Program-made: the position numbers and the translations under genes
Part shown: piece after piece, positions 1 through 10,053 of the stretch
Layout of the letters: each line of letters starts with the position of its first letter
How positions within the stretch are numbered: position 1 is the stretch's first letter
Notes under the pieces: model-generated
Told to the model about the DNA's origin: nothing
Databases searched by the model: none
What the model saw: only the letters and a program-made list of their open reading frames with translations
IMG/VR virus record: IMGVR_UViG_3300028393_000021
Direction: 5' to 3' (one strand)
DNA: 64,000 bases
Source: a virus

Positions 1-3000
1 TGACTGCCAGTAAACCCCTGACTACCAGTATACCCAAAGCTACCAATATATCCAGTTGCGGTACTTGCTGATCCAGTATAACCTGTGCTACCTATATATC
101 CTAAGCTACCTGTAAAACCTCTACTACCTGTAAAACCTCTACTACCCGAATAACCTTTACCCGCTACAATAACAGGTATAATAACTTCCAAATTAAATGT
201 AGCAGTGGTTGATTGTGGCTTTTTATCATATACTGTAACAACATAATTTGTTGATGAAAATTTAGTATCAACCTGTCCTAATAGATGTCCACTAATAGGA
301 TCAAACTCTAATCCAGACGGCAGCGTAGTAGGTAGTATACTGTAGGTATATGGCGCAATACCGCCAATTGCTGTAACTGGTTGAAAATTATTAGTTGAAT
401 AAATTTCTAAACTATATATACTTTGTCCAGCAGTTGCTACTAACGGGTCTGGAGTTATTTCATTTATAAGTAGACGGAATGACCCACTATTAGATTGCCC
501 ATAAGTATCAGTTACGGTTACTGTAAATGTGGTATCTGTTCCTGCTATTGGTGTTTCGTCAATTGTTCCATTTATATATCGTAGTGATGATGGCAGTGAT
601 CGATCTAATGCATAAGTAAGATTTCCTGACCCTTGGGCACTTATAGGAATAATAGGAGTAATATACTGAAGAGCTGTTCCATTTATTGTAGGATGGTCTA
701 TCGAAATAGTTATAGGTTTAGGTACAACATTAAGTAAGAAACTAGTACTAGAAGTTTGTGGTACTGTTAAAGAATCAGTAGCTGTAACTACATAAGTTGT
801 TGTAGCTGAAGTAATACTAGCTACACCACTAATAGCACCACTTGATAGATCAAATATAAGTCCACTTGGAAGATTTGGCGGTTTAGTATATTTGATTGTA
901 CCTTCACCGCCGGAACCTAGTACTGGTGTAAATGATGGAAAACTACTATTAAGTAATAACGTAACACTAGCAGTAGTTGCAGTAGTAGTTAACGATGGAG
1001 GTTCTTTTATATATAAATTAAAAGTTTTGAAACTTGAATTATTTGCACTATCTGTAACAGTTACAGTAAATGTTGTTGTAGTTAATAATGTTGTACTTGG
1101 TGTACCACTTATTTCACCAGTAGAATTATTAAAATTAAGCCCGCCAATATTATTAAATGTAATTAATGGCGATAATGTAAAGCTATTTCCACCTGCACCA
1201 TACGTAGCTGTTACTGGGGTAAATGAAGTTATTAATTTACCCCTAGTCAACTGCATGTTCACCGGAGCCACCGACGGTGGAGCATATGCAGTTGCTAGTG
1301 GTCTATATGTAACTATTAATGCATAAGTCTGACTACTAATTTGCCCTAATCCATCAGTGACTTTTATAGTATATGTTTTAGTCCCATTTGTATTTGTGGA
1401 CGGGCTTCCACTTATTTGTCCATTGGTGGTACTAAACGTTAATCCAGTGTCTGCTGCAAGGTCAGTAGGTAATGTTTCAAACTTTAACGGAGGGGTTCCT
1501 GGAGAAACAATAGTAACCGGAGTAATTGCACTGCCAATACTTTCATTTTTGTAAAATGTACTACTTGAAATCGTTGAAGTAGTTGCAAGTGCGGGTGCAT
1601 CCTGTACTGTTAATACAAATGTACTAATGCTTTGCGTGTTTAACGAATCAGTGACAGTAACAGTATACGTATTTGATCCCGATGTACTAGTGCTTGCTGC
1701 TGTACCAGAAAGTACGCCAGTAACTGTACTAAACGACAAGTTGGGTGGTAAACTTGGACTAGGATTAATAGCATATGTATATACTTCAGAGCCACCAGTA
1801 ACAGTTACTGGTTGATATGAATTCGCTACTAACTTTGTGAATACTTTAGGTGTTATAACTGTAGGTACAATTGCCCTTGTATTAACAGTTAATGTAAATG
1901 TACCGGTTGCAACCTGCTTTGCTTGATCAGTTACTGTAACTGAAAAAGTAGTAGCAGTTATTAGATATGTTGACGGTGTACCTGTTATCTCACCATTCGA
2001 TGTATTAAAATTAAGTCCGGTGGGCAACAATACATTATTTGTACCAGTGATAACATATTTTAATGTACTGTATCCGGGTGATGTTGTATAAACCGGAGTA
2101 AATGCAGTTACTGGATCTTTATGTAATAATGTTTTACTTCCAATTGATCCTACAGTTAATGGAAGTGGATTATCTATTTGAATAGTAAATGCAGTACTAC
2201 TTGTTTGCAATGCTGCATCAGTGACTGTGACAGTATAAGAAGCTACACCACTTGTTGCAGTAGTAGGGGTTCCAGAAATAGTTCCACCAACAACTGATCC
2301 ATTTGTTACAGTTGTAAATGCTAGTCCTAATTGTGAAGTTATATTAGGTGCAATAGAATATTTGTATGCGCCATCACCATTAGATGCAGTTACTGGGGCA
2401 GCGGATGTGATAGGTACACCTACTGTACCTGATATTCTACCAACAACTGCTAATGTAGTGTTTAATGGTACAGACAGAATAGACAGCGTAAATGTTGCAG
2501 TCTTGGTTTGAGGTGTCGGAGCTTGGTCAGTTACTGTTACTATAAAGGGAGTCGACGACAACAACCCACTAGGAGTACCACTAAGAACACCTGCACTTGA
2601 AAAACTCAGCCCAACTGACGCTAGTGTAGCAGTATTCGTTACAGTAAATGTTTTATTCAAATAACCATTATTAGCACTAATTGGGCTAGTTGGCAACCCT
2701 GCCGAACTGTTCTTAGTTAAACTAATTGTTGGCGAATTAACTGATACTGTTAATGCCGGTAATGCAGTTATCTCTAAAGAAAAAGATAATTTATTAGTGG
2801 TCGGAGGAGTATTTGAATCAGCGACAGTAACTTCAAAACTTTTTACGCCGCCTGTTACTGTGGTTCCGGGTCCTCGAACAGTACCAGTTGTAAAAGTTAA
2901 ACCATACGCTATTACATCCGGTGATATTGTATAACTTAGTGGAGCAATACCGCCTGTGCCTAATATTGGTTTAAATTCTGTAAATGGAACTGTTTGAACA

Positions 3001-4187
3001 TACGAATATGCTTGACTTTGAGCTAACGCAACATTTACCGCAGGTGCTTTAACTTCTAATGTAATTAATTTAGATGAAGTTGCTCCAGCACCATCAGTGA
3101 CAAGTATTGTATATGATTGAGACCCTGATGCAGAGGTAGGCGTCCCTGATATTACCCCAGTTGAATTTATGGATAAACCAGTTGGTAGGCCACCAGGCGC
3201 AGTAAAAGTCTTAGTACCGGTACCTCCCAATGATCTAACAGGTGTAAACGATACTGCAACATTCTGCGATAATACTGAATTATACGGATCTAGTACTGTG
3301 TCTAAAGGTTGAGCACCACCGGTGATTTCTAAATTAAAAGATTCAGTTTTACTCTGACCTGTAGCATCGGTAAATCTAACAGTAAAGCTCTTTTTTGCCA
3401 ACGGAGCAGTAGGGGTACCGGCAATTAAAATCTCAGTATAATTATACCACGATAAAACTCCACCTGCATCAGGTATTGTTTTTTGACCCACATCAGTAAT
3501 AGTGGTTAAAGATGTACTACTCCAGGATACTTGATTTGGGATTCCTGTTCCACCGCTTGCAGCAGGACTTGCATTGTATTTTAAAGTAATACTAGTTGCC
3601 GTTACAGCTTTACATTCCCAAATACCATTATATGATAATTTAGACTGTCCCCGTACAGCATAAAATTTTCCAACAACTGGAGATAACCCTGTTAATTTAC
3701 TTGCAGTAAATGTAAATGTTACTTGAAATGTTGCGTCTTGTGTGGGAGCTGTACCTGTAACATCTATGGTCGTTACGCTAGTATATAAACTTAGTCCATC
3801 GGGTAATGTATCCACTGTGACAGTGTATGGACACGGAGTGGTAGAAGGATTTGCTGCGCCACCGTATACAGATATGGGGACAAATGATGTGAGCTGACCA
3901 ACTGCTGTTAAATTATCCAGTGATAATACACTTGATATTAATCCAGGAACTGTTCCAGTTCCCTTGCCCATGGGGCTAATGCCACTTAATCCAAGATATG
4001 TATTTGCAGGGTTAAAACTACCGTATGCTATTTTACCTGCATTAAAAGTGTTGCCAAGTGTACCTACGGATGCTACACCAGTAGGGACACCGCCAATATA
4101 TATGTCTTGGCTTCCTGCGAATGCATCTGCTAGTATAGCAGCAGGATTCGGTGTTTTCGGGGGAATGGGGGAAAAGAATATAGACAC
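1..4187 (-). CDS. Giant fibre/adhesin-like protein with tandem Ig-like (He_PIG-type) repeats followed by collagen-like repeats; C-terminus runs off the window
   Basis: Absent from the ORF track because its stop lies outside the window. Spot-read open frame from GTG 4187 (MSIFFSPIPPKTPNPAA...), preceded by TAAATA. Repeated 'LP.GLS.NS.TG.ISGTPT...Y.I.VTD' units, then GYTGS/GFTGS triplets near position 1. Confidence 0.8.
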   Translation of the reverse strand, partial: MSIFFSPIPPKTPNPAAILADAFAGSQDIYIGGVPTGVASVGTLGNTFNAGKIAYGSFNPANTYLGLSGISPMGKGTGTVPGLISSVLSLDNLTAVGQLTSFVPISVYGGAANPSTTPCPYTVTVDTLPDGLSLYTSVTTIDVTGTAPTQDATFQVTFTFTASKLTGLSPVVGKFYAVRGQSKLSYNGIWECKAVTATSITLKYNASPAASGGTGIPNQVSWSSTSLTTITDVGQKTIPDAGGVLSWYNYTEILIAGTPTAPLAKKSFTVRFTDATGQSKTESFNLEITGGAQPLDTVLDPYNSVLSQNVAVSFTPVRSLGGTGTKTFTAPGGLPTGLSINSTGVISGTPTSASGSQSYTILVTDGAGATSSKLITLEVKAPAVNVALAQSQAYSYVQTVPFTEFKPILGTGGIAPLSYTISPDVIAYGLTFTTGTVRGPGTTVTGGVKSFEVTVADSNTPPTTNKLSFSLEITALPALTVSVNSPTISLTKNSSAGLPTSPISANNGYLNKTFTVTNTATLASVGLSFSSAGVLSGTPSGLLSSTPFIVTVTDQAPTPQTKTATFTLSILSVPLNTTLAVVGRISGTVGVPITSAAPVTASNGDGAYKYSIAPNITSQLGLAFTTVTNGSVVGGTISGTPTTATSGVASYTVTVTDAALQTSSTAFTIQIDNPLPLTVGSIGSKTLLHKDPVTAFTPVYTTSPGYSTLKYVITGTNNVLLPTGLNFNTSNGEITGTPSTYLITATTFSVTVTDQAKQVATGTFTLTVNTRAIVPTVITPKVFTKLVANSYQPVTVTGGSEVYTYAINPSPSLPPNLSFSTVTGVLSGTAASTSTSGSNTYTVTVTDSLNTQSISTFVLTVQDAPALATTSTISSSTFYKNESIGSAITPVTIVSPGTPPLKFETLPTDLAADTGLTFSTTNGQISGSPSTNTNGTKTYTIKVTDGLGQISSQTYALIVTYRPLATAYAPPSVAPVNMQLTRGKLITSFTPVTATYGAGGNSFTLSPLITFNNIGGLNFNNSTGEISGTPSTTLLTTTTFTVTVTDSANNSSFKTFNLYIKEPPSLTTTATTASVTLLLNSSFPSFTPVLGSGGEGTIKYTKPPNLPSGLIFDLSSGAISGVASITSATTTYVVTATDSLTVPQTSSTSFLLNVVPKPITISIDHPTINGTALQYITPIIPISAQGSGNLTYALDRSLPSSLRYINGTIDETPIAGTDTTFTVTVTDTYGQSNSGSFRLLINEITPDPLVATAGQSIYSLEIYSTNNFQPVTAIGGIAPYTYSILPTTLPSGLEFDPISGHLLGQVDTKFSSTNYVVTVYDKKPQSTTATFNLEVIIPVIVAGKGYSGSRGFTGSRGFTGSLGYIGSTGYTGSASTATGYIGSFGYTGSQGFTGS

Positions 4188-4219
4188 AGTATGATATTTA
4201 TTTTATTAAATTTACATTA

Positions 4220-6709
4220 TTACGCCACAACCGGATACAATTGTAGGAGATTAAGTACACCGCCACCAGTGTCAACCATGACATATAAAACAGGCAAGAT
4301 AGGATCACCGGGCGCTGCTCCCGAACCATCATCATAATAAAAATCCCCATTTTTCATATCACTAGTGGTTAATCCAAGAGCAACATCGGAATTGAGATAC
4401 ATTTTTGCAGGAGAAGTTGATTGAGTAGTTCCATCTGGGAATGTTATATTTCCGCCCAGTCCTAGGATTATAGTAGCAAATGTAACTGTACTGGTAGTGT
4501 TTAAATCTTGATTGGCGCCTGGACCTTGACTGCCAGTATAACCAAAACTACCCCAATACCCTCGACTACCGGTAAAACCAAAACTACCCCAATACCCTGC
4601 ACTACCATTATATCCAGCAGATCCATTATAACCAGCAGAACCATTATAACCAGCAGATCCATTATAACCAGCAGATCCATTATAACCAGCACTACCCCAA
4701 TAACCTTGATCACCTCGACTACCGGTAAAACCAACACTACCAAAATACCCCTGAGCACCCGATACTCCTAGTGATCCCCGTGATCCCGTAAATCCATCAA
4801 CGCCTTGACTACCAGTAAATCCTAGACTACCAGTAAATCCTAGACTACCAGTAAATCCTATAGCGCCTTGGGTTCCTGTACTACCAGTAAATCCAATAAT
4901 ACCAATACTACCACTATACCCCCTACTACCTGTTGGGCCTACGGGACCTGATATTACTCCAACGTTTACCCAACCTGCCGCAGCACCGCTAATATTACCA
5001 GTCCAGACTATTAAAGAACCGTCCGATGCATCTATATAACCGTCACCTAATGAACCAATATAACCATTTGGTGGGGGGCTGCCATCATACAACGGCTGTA
5101 CCATGTATCCCAATGAGTCAACATAATAGGGATTAGATAGATAATATGTACTAGTGACTTCACCTTTAATTTTAACTGAAGTACCATCTTTGCCTCGACT
5201 ACCACTATAACCTAGTTCGCCTCGACTACCGGTATAACCAACGCTGCCAGTATAACCAACGCTGCCAGTATACCCAACGCTGCCAGTATACCCAAAGCTA
5301 CCGGTATAACCAATGTAACCTTGACTACCTGTAAATCCGGAGCTACCTGTGTAACCTCGACTACCTGTAAATCCAAAACTACCTGTGAATCCGTCTATAC
5401 CCTGACTACCTGTAAATCCAAAGCTACCAGTATAACCTTGACTACCTGTAAATCCAAAACTACCTGTAAATCCAAAGCTACCAGTATAACCGAAGCTACC
5501 CCAATAACCTGTACTACCTATATATCCTAGACTACCAGTATATCCTAGACTACCAGTATATCCTAGACTACCAGTATATCCTAGACTACCAGTATAACCA
5601 ATGTTGCCTTGACTACCAGTATAACCTTGACTACCTGTAAATCCAAAACTACCTGTATAACCAAAACTACCTGTATACCCTGTGCTACCCTCATGCCCTT
5701 GACTACCTGTATAACCGATAGATCCAGTATAACCTTGACTACCTGTGTAACCAAAGCTACCTGTATAACCAAAGCTACCTGTATAACCAAAGCTACCTGT
5801 ATAACCAAAGCTACCTGTATAACCAAAGCTACCAATGTAACCTCGACTACCTGTATAACCAATAGATCCAGTATAACCTATACTACCTATATAACCACTA
5901 GCAGTGCTTGCTGAACCGGTATAACCACTACTACCTGCGTAACCTCGACTACCATAAAATCCTTGCGGGCCTCGAATTTTACCTACATTTGTCCACCCTT
6001 GGCCAGTCCAAACATGAAGTTCACCGTCTTCTTGTGTAATGATAATACCATCGCCGGGGTTGGTCCCAGGAAGCAGACCATATTCTAAATTTAATTCAGA
6101 TGCATAATCTAAGCTACCTATAATTTTTACGGAAGTACCTGCAGGTCCTTGTATACCTTGACTACCTACATATCCAATATAGCCTTGACTACCAGTGAAC
6201 CCGACACTACCTGCGTAACCTCGACTACCAGTAAATCCAAAGCTACCACTATAACCTAAATTACCTTGACTACCTGTATACCCTATTACCCTGCCTGCAT
6301 CAATCCATGTGGTAGTACCCTTAACCCATAAATCTCCAGTTGCACTATCTATTACACTTGTGCCTGAAATTGCAGTAGAAAATGCTGCATTTAATGTTGT
6401 TTGAGGATTGTTAGGAGGGGAAACATTTACATCGGGTACAGAACCAGCAACATTAATAATTGTGCCGCCACCAACATTACTAGAGATAGTAACTGTTGTT
6501 CCAGAAGTAGTAACTGTTGTTCCGGTACCACCGATTATAGTTGGCAGTAATTCGGAGTTGGCAAACATTCTAATGCCGCCTGGAGTAACTCCGTCACCCA
6601 ATCTTAGGTCGCCAGTAGTTTCATCCCAAAAGAGAACACCCGGAGCACCGATGAACTGTTCGGCAACGACCGTTATTATTCTACTACCGGATAATTTATA
6701 CATTGGCAT
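4220..6709 (-). CDS. Collagen-like tail fibre protein with an Mtd-N-like N-terminal domain
   Basis: N-terminal 'GVLFWDETTGDLRLGDGVTPGG' resembles the major-tropism-determinant N-terminal motif; long G-X-Y runs (GYT-GSF). Confidence 0.75.
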   Translation of the reverse strand: MPMYKLSGSRIITVVAEQFIGAPGVLFWDETTGDLRLGDGVTPGGIRMFANSELLPTIIGGTGTTVTTSGTTVTISSNVGGGTIINVAGSVPDVNVSPPNNPQTTLNAAFSTAISGTSVIDSATGDLWVKGTTTWIDAGRVIGYTGSQGNLGYSGSFGFTGSRGYAGSVGFTGSQGYIGYVGSQGIQGPAGTSVKIIGSLDYASELNLEYGLLPGTNPGDGIIITQEDGELHVWTGQGWTNVGKIRGPQGFYGSRGYAGSSGYTGSASTASGYIGSIGYTGSIGYTGSRGYIGSFGYTGSFGYTGSFGYTGSFGYTGSFGYTGSQGYTGSIGYTGSQGHEGSTGYTGSFGYTGSFGFTGSQGYTGSQGNIGYTGSLGYTGSLGYTGSLGYTGSLGYIGSTGYWGSFGYTGSFGFTGSFGFTGSQGYTGSFGFTGSQGIDGFTGSFGFTGSRGYTGSSGFTGSQGYIGYTGSFGYTGSVGYTGSVGYTGSVGYTGSRGELGYSGSRGKDGTSVKIKGEVTSTYYLSNPYYVDSLGYMVQPLYDGSPPPNGYIGSLGDGYIDASDGSLIVWTGNISGAAAGWVNVGVISGPVGPTGSRGYSGSIGIIGFTGSTGTQGAIGFTGSLGFTGSLGFTGSQGVDGFTGSRGSLGVSGAQGYFGSVGFTGSRGDQGYWGSAGYNGSAGYNGSAGYNGSAGYNGSAGYNGSAGYWGSFGFTGSRGYWGSFGYTGSQGPGANQDLNTTSTVTFATIILGLGGNITFPDGTTQSTSPAKMYLNSDVALGLTTSDMKNGDFYYDDGSGAAPGDPILPVLYVMVDTGGGVLNLLQLYPVVA
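4540..6290. repeat. 18-bp-unit coding tandem repeats (collagen GYTGSF/GYNGSA units)
   Basis: For example (ctacctgtataaccaaag)n at about 5758-5830, (ctagactaccagtatatc)n at about 5527-5595, and (ccattataaccagcaga)-type units at about 4620-4690. Confidence 0.9.
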
Positions 6710-6734
6710 CTGGGTCTTCCTCCCTCAAACGCCT

Positions 6735-6983
6735 CTAAGGCAACTGCTTGGTTTCTGGATCTACTTCGTCTTGTGTAAGATCTTTAATGATTGGACTGAT
6801 TTTTCCAACATCAGCTTTTTGTAATTCGATCTGTTGTTGTAATGGAGGCACCATAACTGGATCTTGTTTTAATTCACTTGGATCAATTGGGCCGTCATTT
6901 TGACCCATGTCGATTTCAGGTTCACCATCACCATTAATTTTAATATTGATTGGGATATTTATTGTAAATTCTCGTGCTCTCAT
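6735..6983 (-). CDS. Hypothetical protein, MRAREF N-terminus (putative head-internal protein)
   Basis: ORF track; TAAATA lies 5 nt upstream of the ATG. Confidence 0.7.
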   Translation of the reverse strand: MRAREFTINIPINIKINGDGEPEIDMGQNDGPIDPSELKQDPVMVPPLQQQIELQKADVGKISPIIKDLTQDEVDPETKQLP

Positions 6984-6991
6984 ACTAGTAT

Positions 6992-7858
6992 TTATGTTAT
7001 AGGACTACTACTCAAGTACTGTGGATATCTCTTATTAAAATGGCGCATGATAATGCCCGCCATTTGATTAGCTTGATTCTCTTCTGGACTACCTGTGTTG
7101 CCACTTTGGTCGTTCAGTTGGTGTTCTGAGTCCTGTTTATAGTGTGTTAGTTCGTGTGCCACTGTACGTAGTATGTCGTTCGGATGACGGTCTGCCAGTG
7201 CAACATGCAGGGTATGCTTACCATTGACATACATACCAAATGTTGGTTGCTGTGTATCTTTGATATGCGATGTAAAATGCATCTTAGGCAAATGATCTAA
7301 CTCTAAGTAATGCATGGCTAGAGGTAAGAATTTAGAAAACATTTCTACAAAGTTTTTTATTTCTTCTTTACTGATTGATTCCTGCAGATTGCTGTCAAAT
7401 TTACCGCTAGGTAATGAAAGACTAAATTTTATAGAAATTGCTGATCTAAATTTATCGTAATTTACATTATTAGAAAATAAGAAAGTTTGATAATATGAAG
7501 AATTGTGTAATCGAGAATCTGGCAACTTACTTCCGTCCGAGAATTTATATATTGTCATTCCATTTTCGTTCTTTACATCAACTAATTTAACTGGAGTTGT
7601 GTTGGTGTTCCCATAAACTTTTAAACCAACTGATAACAATGCAAGACATACAGGAATAAATTTTGAACCAACTTTTGGTTCATCTGAATAATGAGAAAGA
7701 TTTTTAATGTACTCAATGTCAGCAGAATTTATATTATTGTTTTCTAATAATACACCTGCTTGTTTATAATGGAACTGTTCAAACAATTCTAAATTAACAT
7801 CAATGTCTGAATTCCCATTTATATCAACAAGGGGTTTAGTAAAATCTTGTGCTCGCAT
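6992..7858 (-). CDS. Protein with a C-terminal HExxH zincin-like metallopeptidase motif
   Basis: 'LRTVAHELTHYKQ'. Start re-assigned to ATG 7858 (MRAQDF), just after the upstream stop. Confidence 0.6.
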   Translation of the reverse strand: MRAQDFTKPLVDINGNSDIDVNLELFEQFHYKQAGVLLENNNINSADIEYIKNLSHYSDEPKVGSKFIPVCLALLSVGLKVYGNTNTTPVKLVDVKNENGMTIYKFSDGSKLPDSRLHNSSYYQTFLFSNNVNYDKFRSAISIKFSLSLPSGKFDSNLQESISKEEIKNFVEMFSKFLPLAMHYLELDHLPKMHFTSHIKDTQQPTFGMYVNGKHTLHVALADRHPNDILRTVAHELTHYKQDSEHQLNDQSGNTGSPEENQANQMAGIIMRHFNKRYPQYLSSSPIT

Positions 7859-7862
7859 AGTA

Positions 7863-8648
7863 TTATGTTTTATATCCTCGATCGCCGGGTTTAATCTCGT
7901 AGCTGCCCTTTGACCAATTTTTACCATACTGATTTTGTGGTAATAGATCATCAAAACTCAAATTTTTAGAAATTCTATCTTTAATAGCAGCATAGGCTTT
8001 TTTAACAACGGCCTCATTGTCAATCATATAATATGGTTGTATAATACTACCTGAGGTAGGAGTATTACGATATGCTATAGTCCATGTATTGGTGTAGTTG
8101 TCTGTCTTAAGTTCTAATTTTTTTGGATCAGTATATTTTTTGGCAGGAGGTATTTCTTTAGGTGCATTAGGTTCAGTTGTTTTAGGTTCAGCAAATGATC
8201 TCCAAGGCTCTATTTTAACACCCAATTCTTTAAAGTGAGTGACGATTGCAGGCGGCACTTTTAATTTTGGATCATATTGTACAGCAACAACATATGGCGC
8301 TTTTACAGGAATAGGTTTATAAACTCGTTCTTCGGATTCTGTTCTACCATATCCTATACCAACTTTAGGTTTAGCAATAATGCCTGCTTGAGTTAGTGCA
8401 TCTTTATCAACAACAAACTGAGCAACTCCTCCTCCGTAGGGGAATCTTAATCGTTGATCTCTAGTTAGACTAATAACATCCGGATTGGCTTCTTCACTAT
8501 CATCATCAGGATTACGATCAAAATCGAATACTCCTTGCGGCTTAATAAATCCACTTTTTAATATGGCAGATACAGTTTTACCATCAGGTACTCCGTGATA
8601 TAGGTAGTTTCCGCTAACTGCTTCTACAATAAATTCAAGTGCTCGCAT
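7863..8648 (-). CDS. Putative ADP-ribosyltransferase-fold protein with MRALEFIVE N-terminus
   Basis: Ordered motifs YLYHG...ISLTRD...ESEERV resemble the ART beta1 H/R, S-x-T and E-x-E signatures. Confidence 0.4.
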   Translation of the reverse strand: MRALEFIVEAVSGNYLYHGVPDGKTVSAILKSGFIKPQGVFDFDRNPDDDSEEANPDVISLTRDQRLRFPYGGGVAQFVVDKDALTQAGIIAKPKVGIGYGRTESEERVYKPIPVKAPYVVAVQYDPKLKVPPAIVTHFKELGVKIEPWRSFAEPKTTEPNAPKEIPPAKKYTDPKKLELKTDNYTNTWTIAYRNTPTSGSIIQPYYMIDNEAVVKKAYAAIKDRISKNLSFDDLLPQNQYGKNWSKGSYEIKPGDRGYKT

Positions 8649-8660
8649 AGTGTTATTTAG

Positions 8661-8920
8661 TTGCCGCTTACTTTATGCGGCGCTGACTTTATTAAGGCGC
8701 AGCAGTGTAATTACACCCGGTGCTTACGGCACAACTCGGACGCCCGGGCAAGCAAGCTCGCCCCCGTGACGACAACGGTCCCTAAGGTAAGGGTTATTCT
8801 TCCGGGTATGGGATACCGATCATACTTAATCCAAATCTACTCAACCCCTCAACAATATCGTTAAACAGCATTGTAAGAATTGCAAGGACGGTTGGGCCCA
8901 TCATCCTCTGGATAGACTGG
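8661..8920 (-). ncRNA. Candidate structured RNA or leader (family unknown)
   Basis: GC-rich 260-nt intergenic stretch with several hairpins: gccgc/gcggc, gtgc-cgtaa-gcac, ccct-tacctt-aggg, and a cccgg/ccggg closing helix. Strand inferred from the flanking genes. Confidence 0.4.
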
Positions 8921-8924
8921 ATAA

Positions 8925-9749
8925 TCATTGTTGGTTGTTAGAAGTATTTGTACCACACTTCTGCCTCTTGCTGTTAGTCAATGCGCCAAAATCTACAGGC
9001 CATTCTTGCCCGGGTTGTAATTCTTTGGCATCTTTAGGATAAGCATACTTAACTCCGGCAGCAATTTCAATTTGTCCAACTGGTACACGGAACTTGGTCA
9101 AATCATTACCCAAGTTAGGATATGGTTTGGTGTGAGGGAATGCCCATCCCGCAATTTCATTTGTTTGATTATTAATTACAATTTTATAGAAACCATGTGG
9201 AACAATTACCCCTGCTCCAATTTTTGGATCTTGGCCATTGTACATACCACCAACATAGACTGTATAACTTTGATTACGCTGTACAGTCCATCCACGTACA
9301 CTAGTTTCTAACAGCTTCCAAATGCCTCGATTTAATGATCCGGCCTGCGGACTCATATTGGTCATTAGGAAACTTTCATACTCTACTTGTACATCCCATG
9401 ATAGATCACCGTCTGGACTCATGTGTCCTTTGTCATAACCTGTACCTGCATAGTCATCCGGACGAGCACCACCTGGAACACTTTGATCAGCCACAAAAGC
9501 ATTAGTACGGGCAACACATCCCAGAGCGTTTTGCGGCAATAGTTCGTAGGTTACATATTTTGGTAGTTTAGCAGCCGCATCATATCCTACTAGATACGCT
9601 TGGCGACAAATTGGTTGTACACCTACTGTTTGTGGGAATCCATATGGTGCATGTACTTTACAGGTTTGTGGATCTTGTGGAGCACGTTGTTCCCAGGCTT
9701 GTACCGGATTCGATACCGCTAGTAACAATACAAGTAGAATTTGTTTCAT
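8925..9749 (-). CDS. Secreted DNA/RNA non-specific endonuclease (NucA/Serratia family)
   Basis: Signal peptide MKQILLVLLLAVSNPVQA; 'GYDKGHMSP', 'FLMTNMSPQ...LNRGIWKLLE', 'VPHGFYKIV'. Confidence 0.9.
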   Translation of the reverse strand: MKQILLVLLLAVSNPVQAWEQRAPQDPQTCKVHAPYGFPQTVGVQPICRQAYLVGYDAAAKLPKYVTYELLPQNALGCVARTNAFVADQSVPGGARPDDYAGTGYDKGHMSPDGDLSWDVQVEYESFLMTNMSPQAGSLNRGIWKLLETSVRGWTVQRNQSYTVYVGGMYNGQDPKIGAGVIVPHGFYKIVINNQTNEIAGWAFPHTKPYPNLGNDLTKFRVPVGQIEIAAGVKYAYPKDAKELQPGQEWPVDFGALTNSKRQKCGTNTSNNQQ

Positions 9750-9750
9750 A

Positions 9751-10053
9751 TTAAACTAACGGAACTATGGATAATACACCCGATCCAGCACTGGCAATTA
9801 CTGATACTTTATCGCCTGAGTTGAAATTAAACTCCAATGGCATATTTGATGGCATAACAAATCCAGATGAGGAAGCATTTGTATTTGTACCAAATGCTAG
9901 ATAAACAACTGAGGTAGCTGCTGATCCGCCTGAAGTAATTAAAATTCTAGAAGAATAGATTGCTGTGCTTGTAGTAGCGGAAACATTGCCAAAAATAACA
10001 TTTTGATATCTAGCGGTACCTGTAGATGTGTATAGTGTAATACGTTTATCCAT
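9751..10053 (-). CDS. Hypothetical beta-rich protein
   Basis: ORF track; upstream TAAATA and AAGGA ribosome-binding site. Confidence 0.65.
   Translation of the reverse strand: MDKRITLYTSTGTARYQNVIFGNVSATTSTAIYSSRILITSGGSAATSVVYLAFGTNTNASSSGFVMPSNMPLEFNFNSGDKVSVIASAGSGVLSIVPLV

Noticed and set aside
892-6824. Plus-strand and alternative-frame ORFs with periodic sequences (TTCKSK..., ALVIQV..., IMDLLV...)
   Set aside because: They are antisense or off-frame shadows of the Ig-repeat and 18-bp collagen repeats, with no independent start signals.
8661-8864. 67-aa plus-strand ORF
   Set aside because: TTG start, opposite to the local transcription direction, and coincident with a hairpin-rich element better explained as RNA structure.
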